From an uncultured Gammaproteobacteria bacterium (lineage in GTDB: Bacteria > Patescibacteriota > Microgenomatia > Daviesbacterales > UBA10151), in contig CAZJNI010000004.1 in assembly GCA_964547465.1 (NCBI GenBank), forward strand, positions 19,927 through 83,926: 64,000 bases of DNA, in the 5' to 3' direction. The stretch's first letter is position 1. Every line of letters begins with the position of its first letter. The notes under the pieces were generated by a model. That model was given only the letters and a program-made list of their open reading frames with translations, made no database searches and had not been told where the DNA came from. The position numbers were made by a program, and so were the translations under genes. Positions 31,485 through 40,380 of this stretch are shown here, one piece after another.

Positions 31485-32086
31485 TGGCAAGATATACTGG
31501 TCCAAAGAGAAGATTATCAAGAAGAGAAGGTCTAGCCCTTTTTGGAAAAGATGCAAAGGCCTTGGAGCGAAAAGGAGCAATCCCACCTGGAATGCATGCA
31601 GGCAGAGGAAGAAGAAGAGTATCAGAATATGGCATACAACTTCGGGAGAAACAAAAAGCTAAAAGAATTTATGGATTGCTTGAGCGACAGTTTAAAAATT
31701 ACATTGAAAAGGCCAGTAAAGTCAAAGGTGCAACCGGATTGGCTTTGTTGGAGCTTTTAGAAACCAGACTTGATAATATAGTATACAGGTTAGCTTTTTC
31801 CAAAAGCAGGGCTGGAGCAAGACAATTGGTTTCTCATGGCCATATCAAAATTGATGGGAGAAAAATGGCAATACCTTCCTACAGCGTTAAAGTAGGTCAG
31901 ACTATTGCATTATCGCAGCAATTATCAGATAATACACAGGTTAAAAAGAGTCTGGAGGATATGGAGACCTTGCCGGAGTGGCTTGAAAGACAGGCTACAG
32001 TAGGCAAGGTTTTAAGAAAGCCGAGCAGGGATGAGATGGAACAATCAGTTGACGAGCAGTTAATTGTTGAGTTCTACAGTCGATAA
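31484..32086 (+). CDS. rpsD: 30S ribosomal protein S4
   Basis: MARYTGP, LETRLDN, ARQLVSHGH, LIVEFYSR. Confidence 0.98.
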   Translation: MARYTGPKRRLSRREGLALFGKDAKALERKGAIPPGMHAGRGRRRVSEYGIQLREKQKAKRIYGLLERQFKNYIEKASKVKGATGLALLELLETRLDNIVYRLAFSKSRAGARQLVSHGHIKIDGRKMAIPSYSVKVGQTIALSQQLSDNTQVKKSLEDMETLPEWLERQATVGKVLRKPSRDEMEQSVDEQLIVEFYSR

Positions 32087-32094
32087 TAAAATAT

Positions 32095-33006
32095 ATGGTT
32101 AAGTTTAAGATAAAAACAGAAAAAGAGTCAGATAATTTTGCCCAAATTGCAATTGAACCTCTAGAGGTTGGTTTTGGTCATACCTTGGGGAATTCTTTGC
32201 GAAGAGTACTCTCAACATCTTTAGATGGTGCTGCAATTACATCTGTTAAGATAGATGGAGTTTCGCATCAGTTTTCAACAATTGATGGAGTTTTGGAGGA
32301 TGTAATTGAAATATTACTTAATGTTAAAAAGATTCGTCTAAAAATAGATTCAGAAGGTAAGGTTAAACTATCCCTTAAAGTATCTGGAAAGAAAGAAGTT
32401 AAAGCTGGTGATTTTGAGATTGAAGGCGCAGCAGAAGTTATCAATTCCGAGCAACACATCGCCACCCTAACAGATGCAAAATCAAAACTAAATATGGAGA
32501 TGGTAGGTGAAGCGGGAAAAGGTTATTCTTTAGCTGAAGAGAGAAAAAGTAATGAAATAGGGGTTATTGCAGTAGATGCCTTATTTACTCCAGTTGTGGC
32601 GGTTAATTATTCGGTTGATCCAACCCGTGTTGGAAGAAGGACAGACTTTGATAAACTAACTTTAGATGTTACAACTGATGGTTCACTTACCCCACAGGAA
32701 GCTGTAAATGAGGCAGCTAAGATATTGTCAGAGACATTTAAAAAAATCTATGAACCGGATCTAGAAGAGGAAATAGAAGAAACCTCCCCTGCCATATCAG
32801 AGGAAGTCTTAAAGATGACTATTGAGGAGTTGGATTTGCCAGTTAGAATTACAAATGCACTAAAGGCAATAGAAATAAATGTATTGGAAGATTTGATAAA
32901 TATTCCAAGGGCACAGCTTTTAAAAGCCAAAAATTTGGGTACAAAATCCATCAGCCTTATTTCTGAGAAATTAGTCGAGAGGGGGCTGACGCTTCGTGAG
33001 GCATAG
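32095..33006 (+). CDS. rpoA: RNA polymerase alpha subunit
   Basis: EPLEVGFGHTLGNSLRR, TRVGRRTDFDKL, C-terminal domain. Confidence 0.98.
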   Translation: MVKFKIKTEKESDNFAQIAIEPLEVGFGHTLGNSLRRVLSTSLDGAAITSVKIDGVSHQFSTIDGVLEDVIEILLNVKKIRLKIDSEGKVKLSLKVSGKKEVKAGDFEIEGAAEVINSEQHIATLTDAKSKLNMEMVGEAGKGYSLAEERKSNEIGVIAVDALFTPVVAVNYSVDPTRVGRRTDFDKLTLDVTTDGSLTPQEAVNEAAKILSETFKKIYEPDLEEEIEETSPAISEEVLKMTIEELDLPVRITNALKAIEINVLEDLINIPRAQLLKAKNLGTKSISLISEKLVERGLTLREA

Positions 33007-33526
33007 AGTCTATGGTAAAAAACTTGGAAGAAATAAAAATGAACGAACTGCACTATTTAAAAGTTTAGTACAGTCACTTTTTACATACGGAACCATTGAA
33101 ACTTCTGAACAAAAAGCCAAAGCAGTTAAGGGTTTAGTTGATAAGGTTATAAACCTTGCTAAAAGTAAAAACACACAAAGATTACTCCAGAGCTATCTCA
33201 TTAATAAAAATTTACAGGAGAGATTAATTAAAGAAATTGCCCCAAAATTAGATGATCGAATTTCAGGATATACCACAATGCTTCGATTAGGTGAAAGAGC
33301 GGGAGATAGATCAACTAGAGTGAAAATTAGTCTTATTCACAGTGAAGAGTTAAAGCCATTAGAAAAGGGTACAGGTAGTAGGGTACAGGGTATAGTTAAA
33401 AAAACAAACGAAAAAGGAAAAGTGATTTCGGATAAAAAGGACGAGGAAAAAGGTAGAACTGGACAATCTGTTAGAAAAACTTCAACAATAAGGAAAGGGA
33501 TTTCAAGATTGTCCAAAACAAAATGA
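32996..33526 (+). CDS. rplQ: 50S ribosomal protein L17 with basic tail
   Basis: MRHR..KLGR (GTG start), SGYT..LRLGERAGD. Confidence 0.96.
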   Translation: MRHRVYGKKLGRNKNERTALFKSLVQSLFTYGTIETSEQKAKAVKGLVDKVINLAKSKNTQRLLQSYLINKNLQERLIKEIAPKLDDRISGYTTMLRLGERAGDRSTRVKISLIHSEELKPLEKGTGSRVQGIVKKTNEKGKVISDKKDEEKGRTGQSVRKTSTIRKGISRLSKTK

Positions 33527-33948
33527 GTACAAATTCATTGTCAGCTAAAAAAATCATAAGGAAATGGCATTTAATTGATGCAAAGGATAAAGTATTGGGA
33601 AGATTGTCAACTGAAATTGCAAAAATTTTAATGGGGAAAAACAAACCTTCTTTTGTTCAATATTTAGATACTGGGGATTTTGTGGTAGTTACAAATGCGG
33701 AACTAGTTAAAGTGTCCGGTAAAAAATCCCAAACTAAAAGATATGTAAATCATTCAGGGTTTCCAGGAGGACTCCGGGTTGAGATATTTGATAAATTGAT
33801 AAAAAGACGGCCGGAGTACGTAATAGAACATGCGGTTTCAGGAATGCTTCCCCATACAAAATTGGGTAAACAAATGATAAAAAAATTAAAAGTTTTTGCA
33901 GGAGATGTTCACCCATATACAAAACAGGTGGAAGGAGTAGTTAAATAA
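33523..33948 (+). CDS. rplM: 50S ribosomal protein L13
   Basis: WHLIDA..LGRL, DTGDFVVV, HSGFPGG. Confidence 0.98.
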   Translation: MSTNSLSAKKIIRKWHLIDAKDKVLGRLSTEIAKILMGKNKPSFVQYLDTGDFVVVTNAELVKVSGKKSQTKRYVNHSGFPGGLRVEIFDKLIKRRPEYVIEHAVSGMLPHTKLGKQMIKKLKVFAGDVHPYTKQVEGVVK

Positions 33949-34343
33949 TGGAAACCAAATTCATTTCAGCAGTTGGAAGAAGAAAAGAAGCAATTGCTAG
34001 AGTAAGATTAACAGAGGGTAAAGGTCAGATAGTTGTTAACGGAAAACCGATTGTTGAATATTTTTCAGGTGCGGTTTTTCAAAAACTTTATCAAAAACCC
34101 CAGGATATAACAAAAACTTCAGCCAAATATAACATGTCTGTAAAAGTAGCAGGTGGAGGGAGAGTTTCACAGCTTGATGCTGTTATACACGGAATTGCCA
34201 GGGTTTTATCCAAAGCAGACCCGGCCTTGCGAACAACATTAAAAAGAGAAGGTTTACTAACCAGAGATGCCAGAGTTAAAGAGAGAAGAAAATTTGGTTT
34301 AGCAGGTAAAGCCAGGGCCAAAAAACAATCCCCAAAACGGTAG
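33948..34343 (+). CDS. rpsI: 30S ribosomal protein S9
   Basis: GRRKEAIARV, LLTRDARVKERRK. Confidence 0.98.
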   Translation: METKFISAVGRRKEAIARVRLTEGKGQIVVNGKPIVEYFSGAVFQKLYQKPQDITKTSAKYNMSVKVAGGGRVSQLDAVIHGIARVLSKADPALRTTLKREGLLTRDARVKERRKFGLAGKARAKKQSPKR

Positions 34344-34541
34344 TTAGAAATCCGCTCTATGAGGTCCGAGATCTTTAAGAACACTATTTAAAAACCAACA
34401 TTCTTGGGAAGGATGATTTCCTACTCCGACAGGATGATCTCCATTGGAGCATGGACAGTTCCACCAGGTTACATGCGTACTGCGCTTGCCTTCCTTATAT
34501 CTAATCTTCTTAAGCCGTCTTATTATTTCACTATTTTTCAT
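34344..34541 (-). CDS. HicA-like toxin (divergent)
   Basis: EIIRRLKK...RSTH...V.VGNHP pattern, 65 aa, next to a HicB-like gene. Confidence 0.6.
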   Translation of the reverse strand: MKNSEIIRRLKKIRYKEGKRSTHVTWWNCPCSNGDHPVGVGNHPSQECWFLNSVLKDLGPHRADF

Positions 34542-34552
34542 CTGGAATAAGC

Positions 34553-34948
34553 TTAGGAGTTTATGAAAGCACCATTTCTATAATTTTGATTGAATAATAA
34601 GAATGCAGGCAGATTAATCTTAGAGATAAGTGGGGTTAAAGGTCTTGACCGTTCGGATTGTAATTTTGCTAAAGTTTGTTCTTTATGAATAATTTCCGCA
34701 TAGATCTTCCAGTATTTTTTAGGAGCTGGTCTATTCAGTAATTTTACAGATAATTTGTTTTCTAAAACATTACTAAGATAAGACTGTGTTACATCTTGAA
34801 TGCACTCTCTGGCTTTTTCTAATGTCTTGGCACTGATAATAAGGCCGAACTCTAAGCATACGGCAATATATTTTCCTTTATCTTCGTATATAAATACGCG
34901 AGCTCTACCAGATACAAAAGTATTATTAAAAATTAATTGATTTTTCAT
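34553..34948 (-). CDS. HicB-like antitoxin
   Basis: EDKGKYIAVCLEFGLIISAKTLEKARECI fold signature. Confidence 0.7.
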   Translation of the reverse strand: MKNQLIFNNTFVSGRARVFIYEDKGKYIAVCLEFGLIISAKTLEKARECIQDVTQSYLSNVLENKLSVKLLNRPAPKKYWKIYAEIIHKEQTLAKLQSERSRPLTPLISKINLPAFLLFNQNYRNGAFINS

Positions 34949-35027
34949 ATTTATCCCCTAGTCACCGAAGTATATCACAAACGAATCAAAAATAATTCCT
35001 TCATTCACTCAACCGCTTATCCCATAG

Positions 35028-35055
35028 TTGACAAGAGAAAATTTTCTGTTATAAT
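35028..35055 (+). promoter_or_regulatory. Promoter of the T-box leader
   Basis: TTGACA-16 nt-TATAAT with extended TG. Confidence 0.75.
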
Positions 35056-35079
35056 AAAGTTACAACTGAATATTAAAAA

Positions 35080-35389
35080 ACTGAGATAGAGAAATAGTAG
35101 ATTAAGTTAGGGTCATTTGAGAGTAGACGGTTGGAGCAAGTCTACCAAGTAACTTAATTGAATTACCCTCTGGAGTTGTAAGCCAAAAGCTTTGCCGGGT
35201 GCGAACCGTAATATTGCATGAGTGTGTCGAAGAAATCGGAGCACTCGAGAAGAAGCATTTTTGCTAAAATTTCGAGTCCCGCCACACAGCGGGATTTTTA
35301 AATGGCAATAATGGAAACAAGGTGGTACCGCGAGAAACCTCGCCCTTGTCTATCTAAGAAATTAGGTGGACATAGGCGAGGTTTTTTTT
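35080..35389 (+). promoter_or_regulatory. T-box riboswitch (transcription attenuator)
   Basis: Stem I with AGTA/GAA S-turn and AG bulge; T-box AAGGTGGTACCGCG at 35319-35332; antiterminator ...CGCCCTT; terminator aaacctcgcc...ggcgagg plus T-tract. Confidence 0.92.
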
Positions 35390-36325
35390 ATGGAAAAAAA
35401 TATGGAAATATTTAAACCTAAAAATATTAAAGATTTAATAAAGAGATTTGGTCTAAGAGCTACAGCAAAGCTCGAACATTCTAATGCAAAAGAACTTCCA
35501 GGTTTCGACATAGAGATTGGAGAAGAACTAAGTAAAAATGTAATTGATACATCAAAACTCTTACACCCTAGGTGGAAAATCTCGCAAGAAACCCGAGAAA
35601 TATTTATAGAAACATTTAGAAGATTAGATATCCAAAAAGTTCATTCAGAATGGCTACTAGATGTAAAAGAGACGACAAATCCTTTAAGAGTTATTAGAAA
35701 TTATCATTCGCCGCACTTTTTACCCAGAGGTAATGGATATCATTTTCCTTCATTAGCAAATGTTTGGATTAATTCCAGATTTATATTATTAAGACATTAT
35801 GGAGAAGGTCCTGATGATTATTCAGGGTTGGATTCTTACTTTGAAGAGCAGCTAAATCAAACAAATTGCTGGGCTAGAATTAACGGTAGAGAATTAGAAG
35901 TTACGTTTAATGAAACTGGTGCAATTTCACAGATTATTATTGGTAATAAACCGAAGAACTTCAGCATTATTGACAAAGATAAAATACAGTTGCTTTGCCA
36001 AAGAGGCACATTATCTTTAAAAGGAACACAGGATTATTTTTCTAGAATTGTTAGTACAGATAATATTCTGCTTATAGTTGAGGATGGAAGAATAATTCTG
36101 GAAAGATTCAAGAGGGATGATCTAGAGCATCCGATAGATAAAGTAGTTATGCCTATACAAATAGATCGTAAGGGAATTCTCTCTATACTTTTCGACCCAA
36201 GAACTCTAAAAGATCCGATCAATGCGCCACCTGAACTGGATCGTTGGTACCTTATGAACTCTTTTGAAGTTTGTGGGATAACATGGGGACAAAAACCAGA
36301 AGGAAATAAAAGGAAAAAAATATGA
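35390..36325 (+). CDS. Hypothetical protein, first gene under the T-box
   Basis: Long ORF whose ATG directly follows the terminator T-tract; no recognised motif. Confidence 0.75.
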   Translation: MEKNMEIFKPKNIKDLIKRFGLRATAKLEHSNAKELPGFDIEIGEELSKNVIDTSKLLHPRWKISQETREIFIETFRRLDIQKVHSEWLLDVKETTNPLRVIRNYHSPHFLPRGNGYHFPSLANVWINSRFILLRHYGEGPDDYSGLDSYFEEQLNQTNCWARINGRELEVTFNETGAISQIIIGNKPKNFSIIDKDKIQLLCQRGTLSLKGTQDYFSRIVSTDNILLIVEDGRIILERFKRDDLEHPIDKVVMPIQIDRKGILSILFDPRTLKDPINAPPELDRWYLMNSFEVCGITWGQKPEGNKRKKI

Positions 36326-37149
36326 AAAAAGAAAATTTAGAAAAACAAAATGGTTCTGATCCATTTGGCCTTAGGGGTTTTGATTTTAATGGTCGGGTTC
36401 CTGAGAAGTCAGAGATGTTTGATGTGGAAGAAGCCAAGACCTACATAGAGGGTTGTGATTACCCAGAGTCGGTAGATGATTTACTATTGGCTTTAGAGAT
36501 GCAGAGATTATTTGGCCCGGTGGGTATTCGTACTATGAGAACATTAGATGCAATGTGCGGCCCGGGAAGACTAGGCAGAGAGCTTTTGAATTTGGGTGCC
36601 CAACATGTGATATTTCATGATGGAGACGAAACAATGATTACACATGCCAGAACTCAAGCCTTTAATGTTATGGAGTCTGGACAAAGCATAGGTTTTGTTA
36701 CATCAGATGTAGATAATATACCACTTCAAGATAATCTGTTTGATTTGGTTATTTGCCACAATGCTACTCACCAGCTCTCAAACTTAGACAGGTTAGGTAC
36801 AGTTATGAAAGAATTTTTGCGTATAACTGCACCTTTAGGACATATAGTTATAGCTGATTACCAGAGAGCAACAACATCTGAATTTTTTAAAGCATTAGAA
36901 GAGCGTTTACAATGGACTAAACCGGAAATAGTGCCACTTCTAATTCCGTCATTCACAGCTGCTTTTTCAAAGGAAGAATTCAGTAATACTCTAAGATCAA
37001 TATCCGGCATAAAGCGTTGGTCGGTAACCGATGCTCAACCCCCAGTTTTAAATCGTAAGTGGCGAGAACGAGTAGATGCAGATTTTGTTAAGGGACATTT
37101 AATGGATTTTAGTCCAATATCACAAAGAGTTATTGTTCAAAAGGAGTAA
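36322..37149 (+). CDS. Class I SAM-dependent methyltransferase
   Basis: LDAMCGPGRLG, IPLQDNLFDLVIC, GHIVIAD. Confidence 0.88.
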   Translation: MKKENLEKQNGSDPFGLRGFDFNGRVPEKSEMFDVEEAKTYIEGCDYPESVDDLLLALEMQRLFGPVGIRTMRTLDAMCGPGRLGRELLNLGAQHVIFHDGDETMITHARTQAFNVMESGQSIGFVTSDVDNIPLQDNLFDLVICHNATHQLSNLDRLGTVMKEFLRITAPLGHIVIADYQRATTSEFFKALEERLQWTKPEIVPLLIPSFTAAFSKEEFSNTLRSISGIKRWSVTDAQPPVLNRKWRERVDADFVKGHLMDFSPISQRVIVQKE

Positions 37150-37151
37150 AT

Positions 37152-38255
37152 ATGAAACAAAACAAATCAAAAATTATAAGGGCAGAAGTGATTGGAAGTA
37201 TGTTAAGACCTAAATTTTTATTAGATGCTCAAAGTCTAATAAAAAAAGGTAAAATCACGCTTGCAGAATTTGTCAGCTTAGAGGATAAAGCAGTCAAACA
37301 AGCTGTTGCTATCCAGAAAAAATCAGGGGTTGATGTGGTGACAGACGGAGAAATGCGAAGGCCGGTATTTTGCCATAATTTTGTAAAAGCTGTTGATGGA
37401 TTTGAATGGAATATCAAAGGCAACACAGTTATTTGGTTTGATATGCAGGGAAATAAAATAATAGATCCGGTCACAGTTGGGGTAGTAAAAAAATTGCAGA
37501 AAAAACATGACATCTCTGTTGATGAATTTTCTTTTCTTAGAGCTATCACAGATAAATCTACTAAAGTAACTATCCCAAGTCCAACTATGATGAGTTATTA
37601 TTTTGTACCAGGGATTTCTGACAAAATTTATCCATCTCCCTTAGAGTATCTAAAAGAAGTTACGCAGATATTAAAAGAGGGTGTAGCTGAATTGGAACGG
37701 ATTGGTGTTACCTACATACAAATAGATGCACCGGAGTTTGGTATGTTACTGGATCCGATTCAACAGGAATGGTTTAAGGCCAAAGGATTAAATCCAGATA
37801 CATTAGTAAATGATGGCATTGAAATGATAAATAAAGTGTTAGAAGATTTTTCTGGAACAAAAGGTCTTCATATATGCAGGGGTAATGATAAAAATCGTTT
37901 CATGGCCAGAGGTGGGTATGAAAAAATAGCTAAGATAGTTTTCAAAAAAGCTAAAGTGGATAGGTTATTACTTGAATTTGATAGTGATAGAGCTGGTGAT
38001 TTTTCTCCGCTACGTCATGTGCCAAAAGACAAAATAGTAGTATTGGGTCTAATATCTACAAAAACACCAAAGCTAGAAAAGATGCAAGAGATTATAAGAA
38101 GAATGGATGAGGCAGCTAAATTCGTACCAAAAGAACGGTTGGCAATAAGTACTCAATGTGGATTTGCCTCTGTAGCCAAGGGAAATAATTTGTCATTTAA
38201 GGACCAAGAAAATAAATTGAGACTTGTATCGAAAGTAGCTAGGCAAATATGGTAA
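37152..38255 (+). CDS. Cobalamin-independent methionine synthase II family protein (MetE C-terminal half, YxjH-like)
   Basis: GSMLRP, TDGEMRR, YIQIDAP; Zn ligands in HICRGN, LLEFD, QCGFAS. Confidence 0.92.
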   Translation: MKQNKSKIIRAEVIGSMLRPKFLLDAQSLIKKGKITLAEFVSLEDKAVKQAVAIQKKSGVDVVTDGEMRRPVFCHNFVKAVDGFEWNIKGNTVIWFDMQGNKIIDPVTVGVVKKLQKKHDISVDEFSFLRAITDKSTKVTIPSPTMMSYYFVPGISDKIYPSPLEYLKEVTQILKEGVAELERIGVTYIQIDAPEFGMLLDPIQQEWFKAKGLNPDTLVNDGIEMINKVLEDFSGTKGLHICRGNDKNRFMARGGYEKIAKIVFKKAKVDRLLLEFDSDRAGDFSPLRHVPKDKIVVLGLISTKTPKLEKMQEIIRRMDEAAKFVPKERLAISTQCGFASVAKGNNLSFKDQENKLRLVSKVARQIW

Positions 38256-38306
38256 GGGTAAGCTAAGAACCCCTCATTTAAAATGATATGAATCATTAGA
38301 GTAATT

Positions 38307-38738
38307 TTACTTTTTAAAATAAACTGTTATAAATATTCCAACAATTGACATGATCATGCCAATTATTTGGAACAAATTTAGCTTTTCATGCCAGATTAAA
38401 AATCCAAATAAAATTCCATAAATTATTAGCGTGACATAAAAAAGTATAGTGAATAAAGATTGTGGAGCACCCAGAGTATAGGCTTTGATAATTCCATAAT
38501 TTCCAATTCCTATTAACGCTCCAATACCAAAAGCAATCGGCAAATATTTCGCTCCTAAAATTAAAGATTTATTAGAGGAAGTTAAAAGATGAAGGGCCAA
38601 CATAATTAAAAATCCAATAAATGAAGCATATGCATTTACTAAAAATACAGATACGTCTTTAGGCAAAAACTTGGAAAGAGTTTGATAAGTTACAAATAAA
38701 AGTGGTGTAGCAATTGCCAAAATCTTCCAGTCAAACAT
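38307..38738 (-). CDS. EamA/DMT-family small transporter
   Basis: About 5 TM helices; LIWHEKLNLFQIIG motif. Confidence 0.8.
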   Translation of the reverse strand: MFDWKILAIATPLLFVTYQTLSKFLPKDVSVFLVNAYASFIGFLIMLALHLLTSSNKSLILGAKYLPIAFGIGALIGIGNYGIIKAYTLGAPQSLFTILFYVTLIIYGILFGFLIWHEKLNLFQIIGMIMSIVGIFITVYFKK

Positions 38739-38791
38739 AAAGTGATTATATCACTTGGCAGTAGTTGATCTATCGTGGTATATTAGAACAC

Positions 38792-40213
38792 ATGGCAAAG
38801 GTTACAATTAATGATCATATATTTAGAGGTTATGATTTGCGGGGAGTTTCGGGAGTAGATTTATCTGAAGAATTAATGGAACTTTTGGGTAGGGCGTATG
38901 CAACCTTTCTATACCAGCGAAGAATTTGGGAAGTAGTAGTGGGAAGGGATAATAGGACTACCAGCGAAGCATACACAAAAGCGTTTGTGAAGGGTTTACT
39001 GGACAGCGGTATAGATGTAGTAGATATAGGTTTGGCTTTAGCCCAAATTGTTTATTTTGCTCAATACCCTCTTAGGTTTAAAGGAGCAGCTATGATTACA
39101 GCTTCTCATAACCCTGCAGAGTATAACGGTATAAAAATGGCTGTGGGATTTTCTGATACTATGACTGGTAAGGAGATTCAACAGCTAAAAGAGATTGCAA
39201 AAGGTGGACAATTTAAAGCATTTAACCGTAAACCAAAATATATTAGACAAAATATTTTTCCAGAGTATAAAAAAGATATTTTAAGAAGAGCTGGAAAAAT
39301 TGGTAAATTTAAAATAGTAGTTGATACCATCTATGGTACTGCCGGAATGTTTTTACCTGAAATTTTAAGAGAGGCTGGATGTGAAGTTATTGAGCAGCAT
39401 ACAGAACTTGACGGTACTTTTCCCTTGGGTACTGCAGATCCAACAGAGCGGGAAGTACAAGAAAGAGTTGCAGAACGGGTTAAAAAAGAAAAAGCAGATA
39501 TTGGATTTTCTTATGATACAGATGGGGACAGGATGGGAATTGTAGATTCTGCAGGAAGACTTATTTGGAATGATACTTTAGTTTCCATATTTGCCATGGA
39601 TGTTTTAGATTTTATGCCCGGTGCAAAAATTGTTTTTAATGTTCTATGTTCTAAGCAAACTAGGGATGTGATAGAAGCACATGGTGGCCAACCAATAATT
39701 TGGGTTACAGGGCATTCATTTATTAAGGCCAAACTAAAAGAAGAAAGAGCGCCCTTTGCAGGAGAATTATCAGGTCACATGTTTTTTGCAGATAATTTTT
39801 ATGGACATGATGATGAAGCATATGCAACACTGCGACTTTTAGCTTATCTGACAAGAGTAGGAAAAACACTAGATCAAGTTGTGGATGAGCTACCAAAATA
39901 TCATTCAAGTCCTGAAATTAAAGTTGGTTGTCCGGACGCTATTAAATTTAAGCTTGTCTCTGATGGAATTGCTAAAGATATTAAGGCCGCTTATCCAACA
40001 GCCTCTTATGTTGAGATAGATGGTGTTAGATTTGATACAGAAGATTTGATGGCAGTAATTCGCGCTTCTCAAAATGGGCCATATTTAACAGTTAAATATG
40101 AGGCGAAAGAAGCAGAGGAGTTTATAAAATTAAAGAAAGTTTTATCTGAAATTTTACATAAATATCCGGAAATTGATTTTAAAGATGGTGTTAATACAGA
40201 CGCCTTGCAATAA
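38792..40213 (+). CDS. Phosphomannomutase/phosphoglucomutase
   Basis: IFRGYDLRG, ITASHNP, DTDGDR, GELSGH; start at ATG 38792. Confidence 0.95.
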   Translation: MAKVTINDHIFRGYDLRGVSGVDLSEELMELLGRAYATFLYQRRIWEVVVGRDNRTTSEAYTKAFVKGLLDSGIDVVDIGLALAQIVYFAQYPLRFKGAAMITASHNPAEYNGIKMAVGFSDTMTGKEIQQLKEIAKGGQFKAFNRKPKYIRQNIFPEYKKDILRRAGKIGKFKIVVDTIYGTAGMFLPEILREAGCEVIEQHTELDGTFPLGTADPTEREVQERVAERVKKEKADIGFSYDTDGDRMGIVDSAGRLIWNDTLVSIFAMDVLDFMPGAKIVFNVLCSKQTRDVIEAHGGQPIIWVTGHSFIKAKLKEERAPFAGELSGHMFFADNFYGHDDEAYATLRLLAYLTRVGKTLDQVVDELPKYHSSPEIKVGCPDAIKFKLVSDGIAKDIKAAYPTASYVEIDGVRFDTEDLMAVIRASQNGPYLTVKYEAKEAEEFIKLKKVLSEILHKYPEIDFKDGVNTDALQ

Positions 40214-40240
40214 TAGGAATAGTATGGTTTAATAATATTT

Positions 40241-40380
40241 GCATCAAGAGACCGTGTACTCGAACGTAAGTGAGTAGTACATGGCGGCAACCGGAAAGAA
40301 ACGGTGCCAAGATCCTAAAATGGATAGATGTGCTTTGCCCTAGGCGAGAAACTTAAAACCTCTCGCTGGAGAGGTTTTTT
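40241..40380 (+). promoter_or_regulatory. SAM riboswitch (SAM-I clan, probably SAM-I/IV type) with terminator
   Basis: gcATCAAGAG...CGGCAACC...GGTGCCAA...GATG; terminator aaaacctctc-gctg-gagaggtttttt ending at the metK ATG. Confidence 0.85.

Noticed and set aside
2825-33053. Numerous minus-strand and alternate-frame ORFs within rpoBC, fusA, tuf and ribosomal genes
   Set aside because: Shadow ORFs of conserved genes with no independent motifs.
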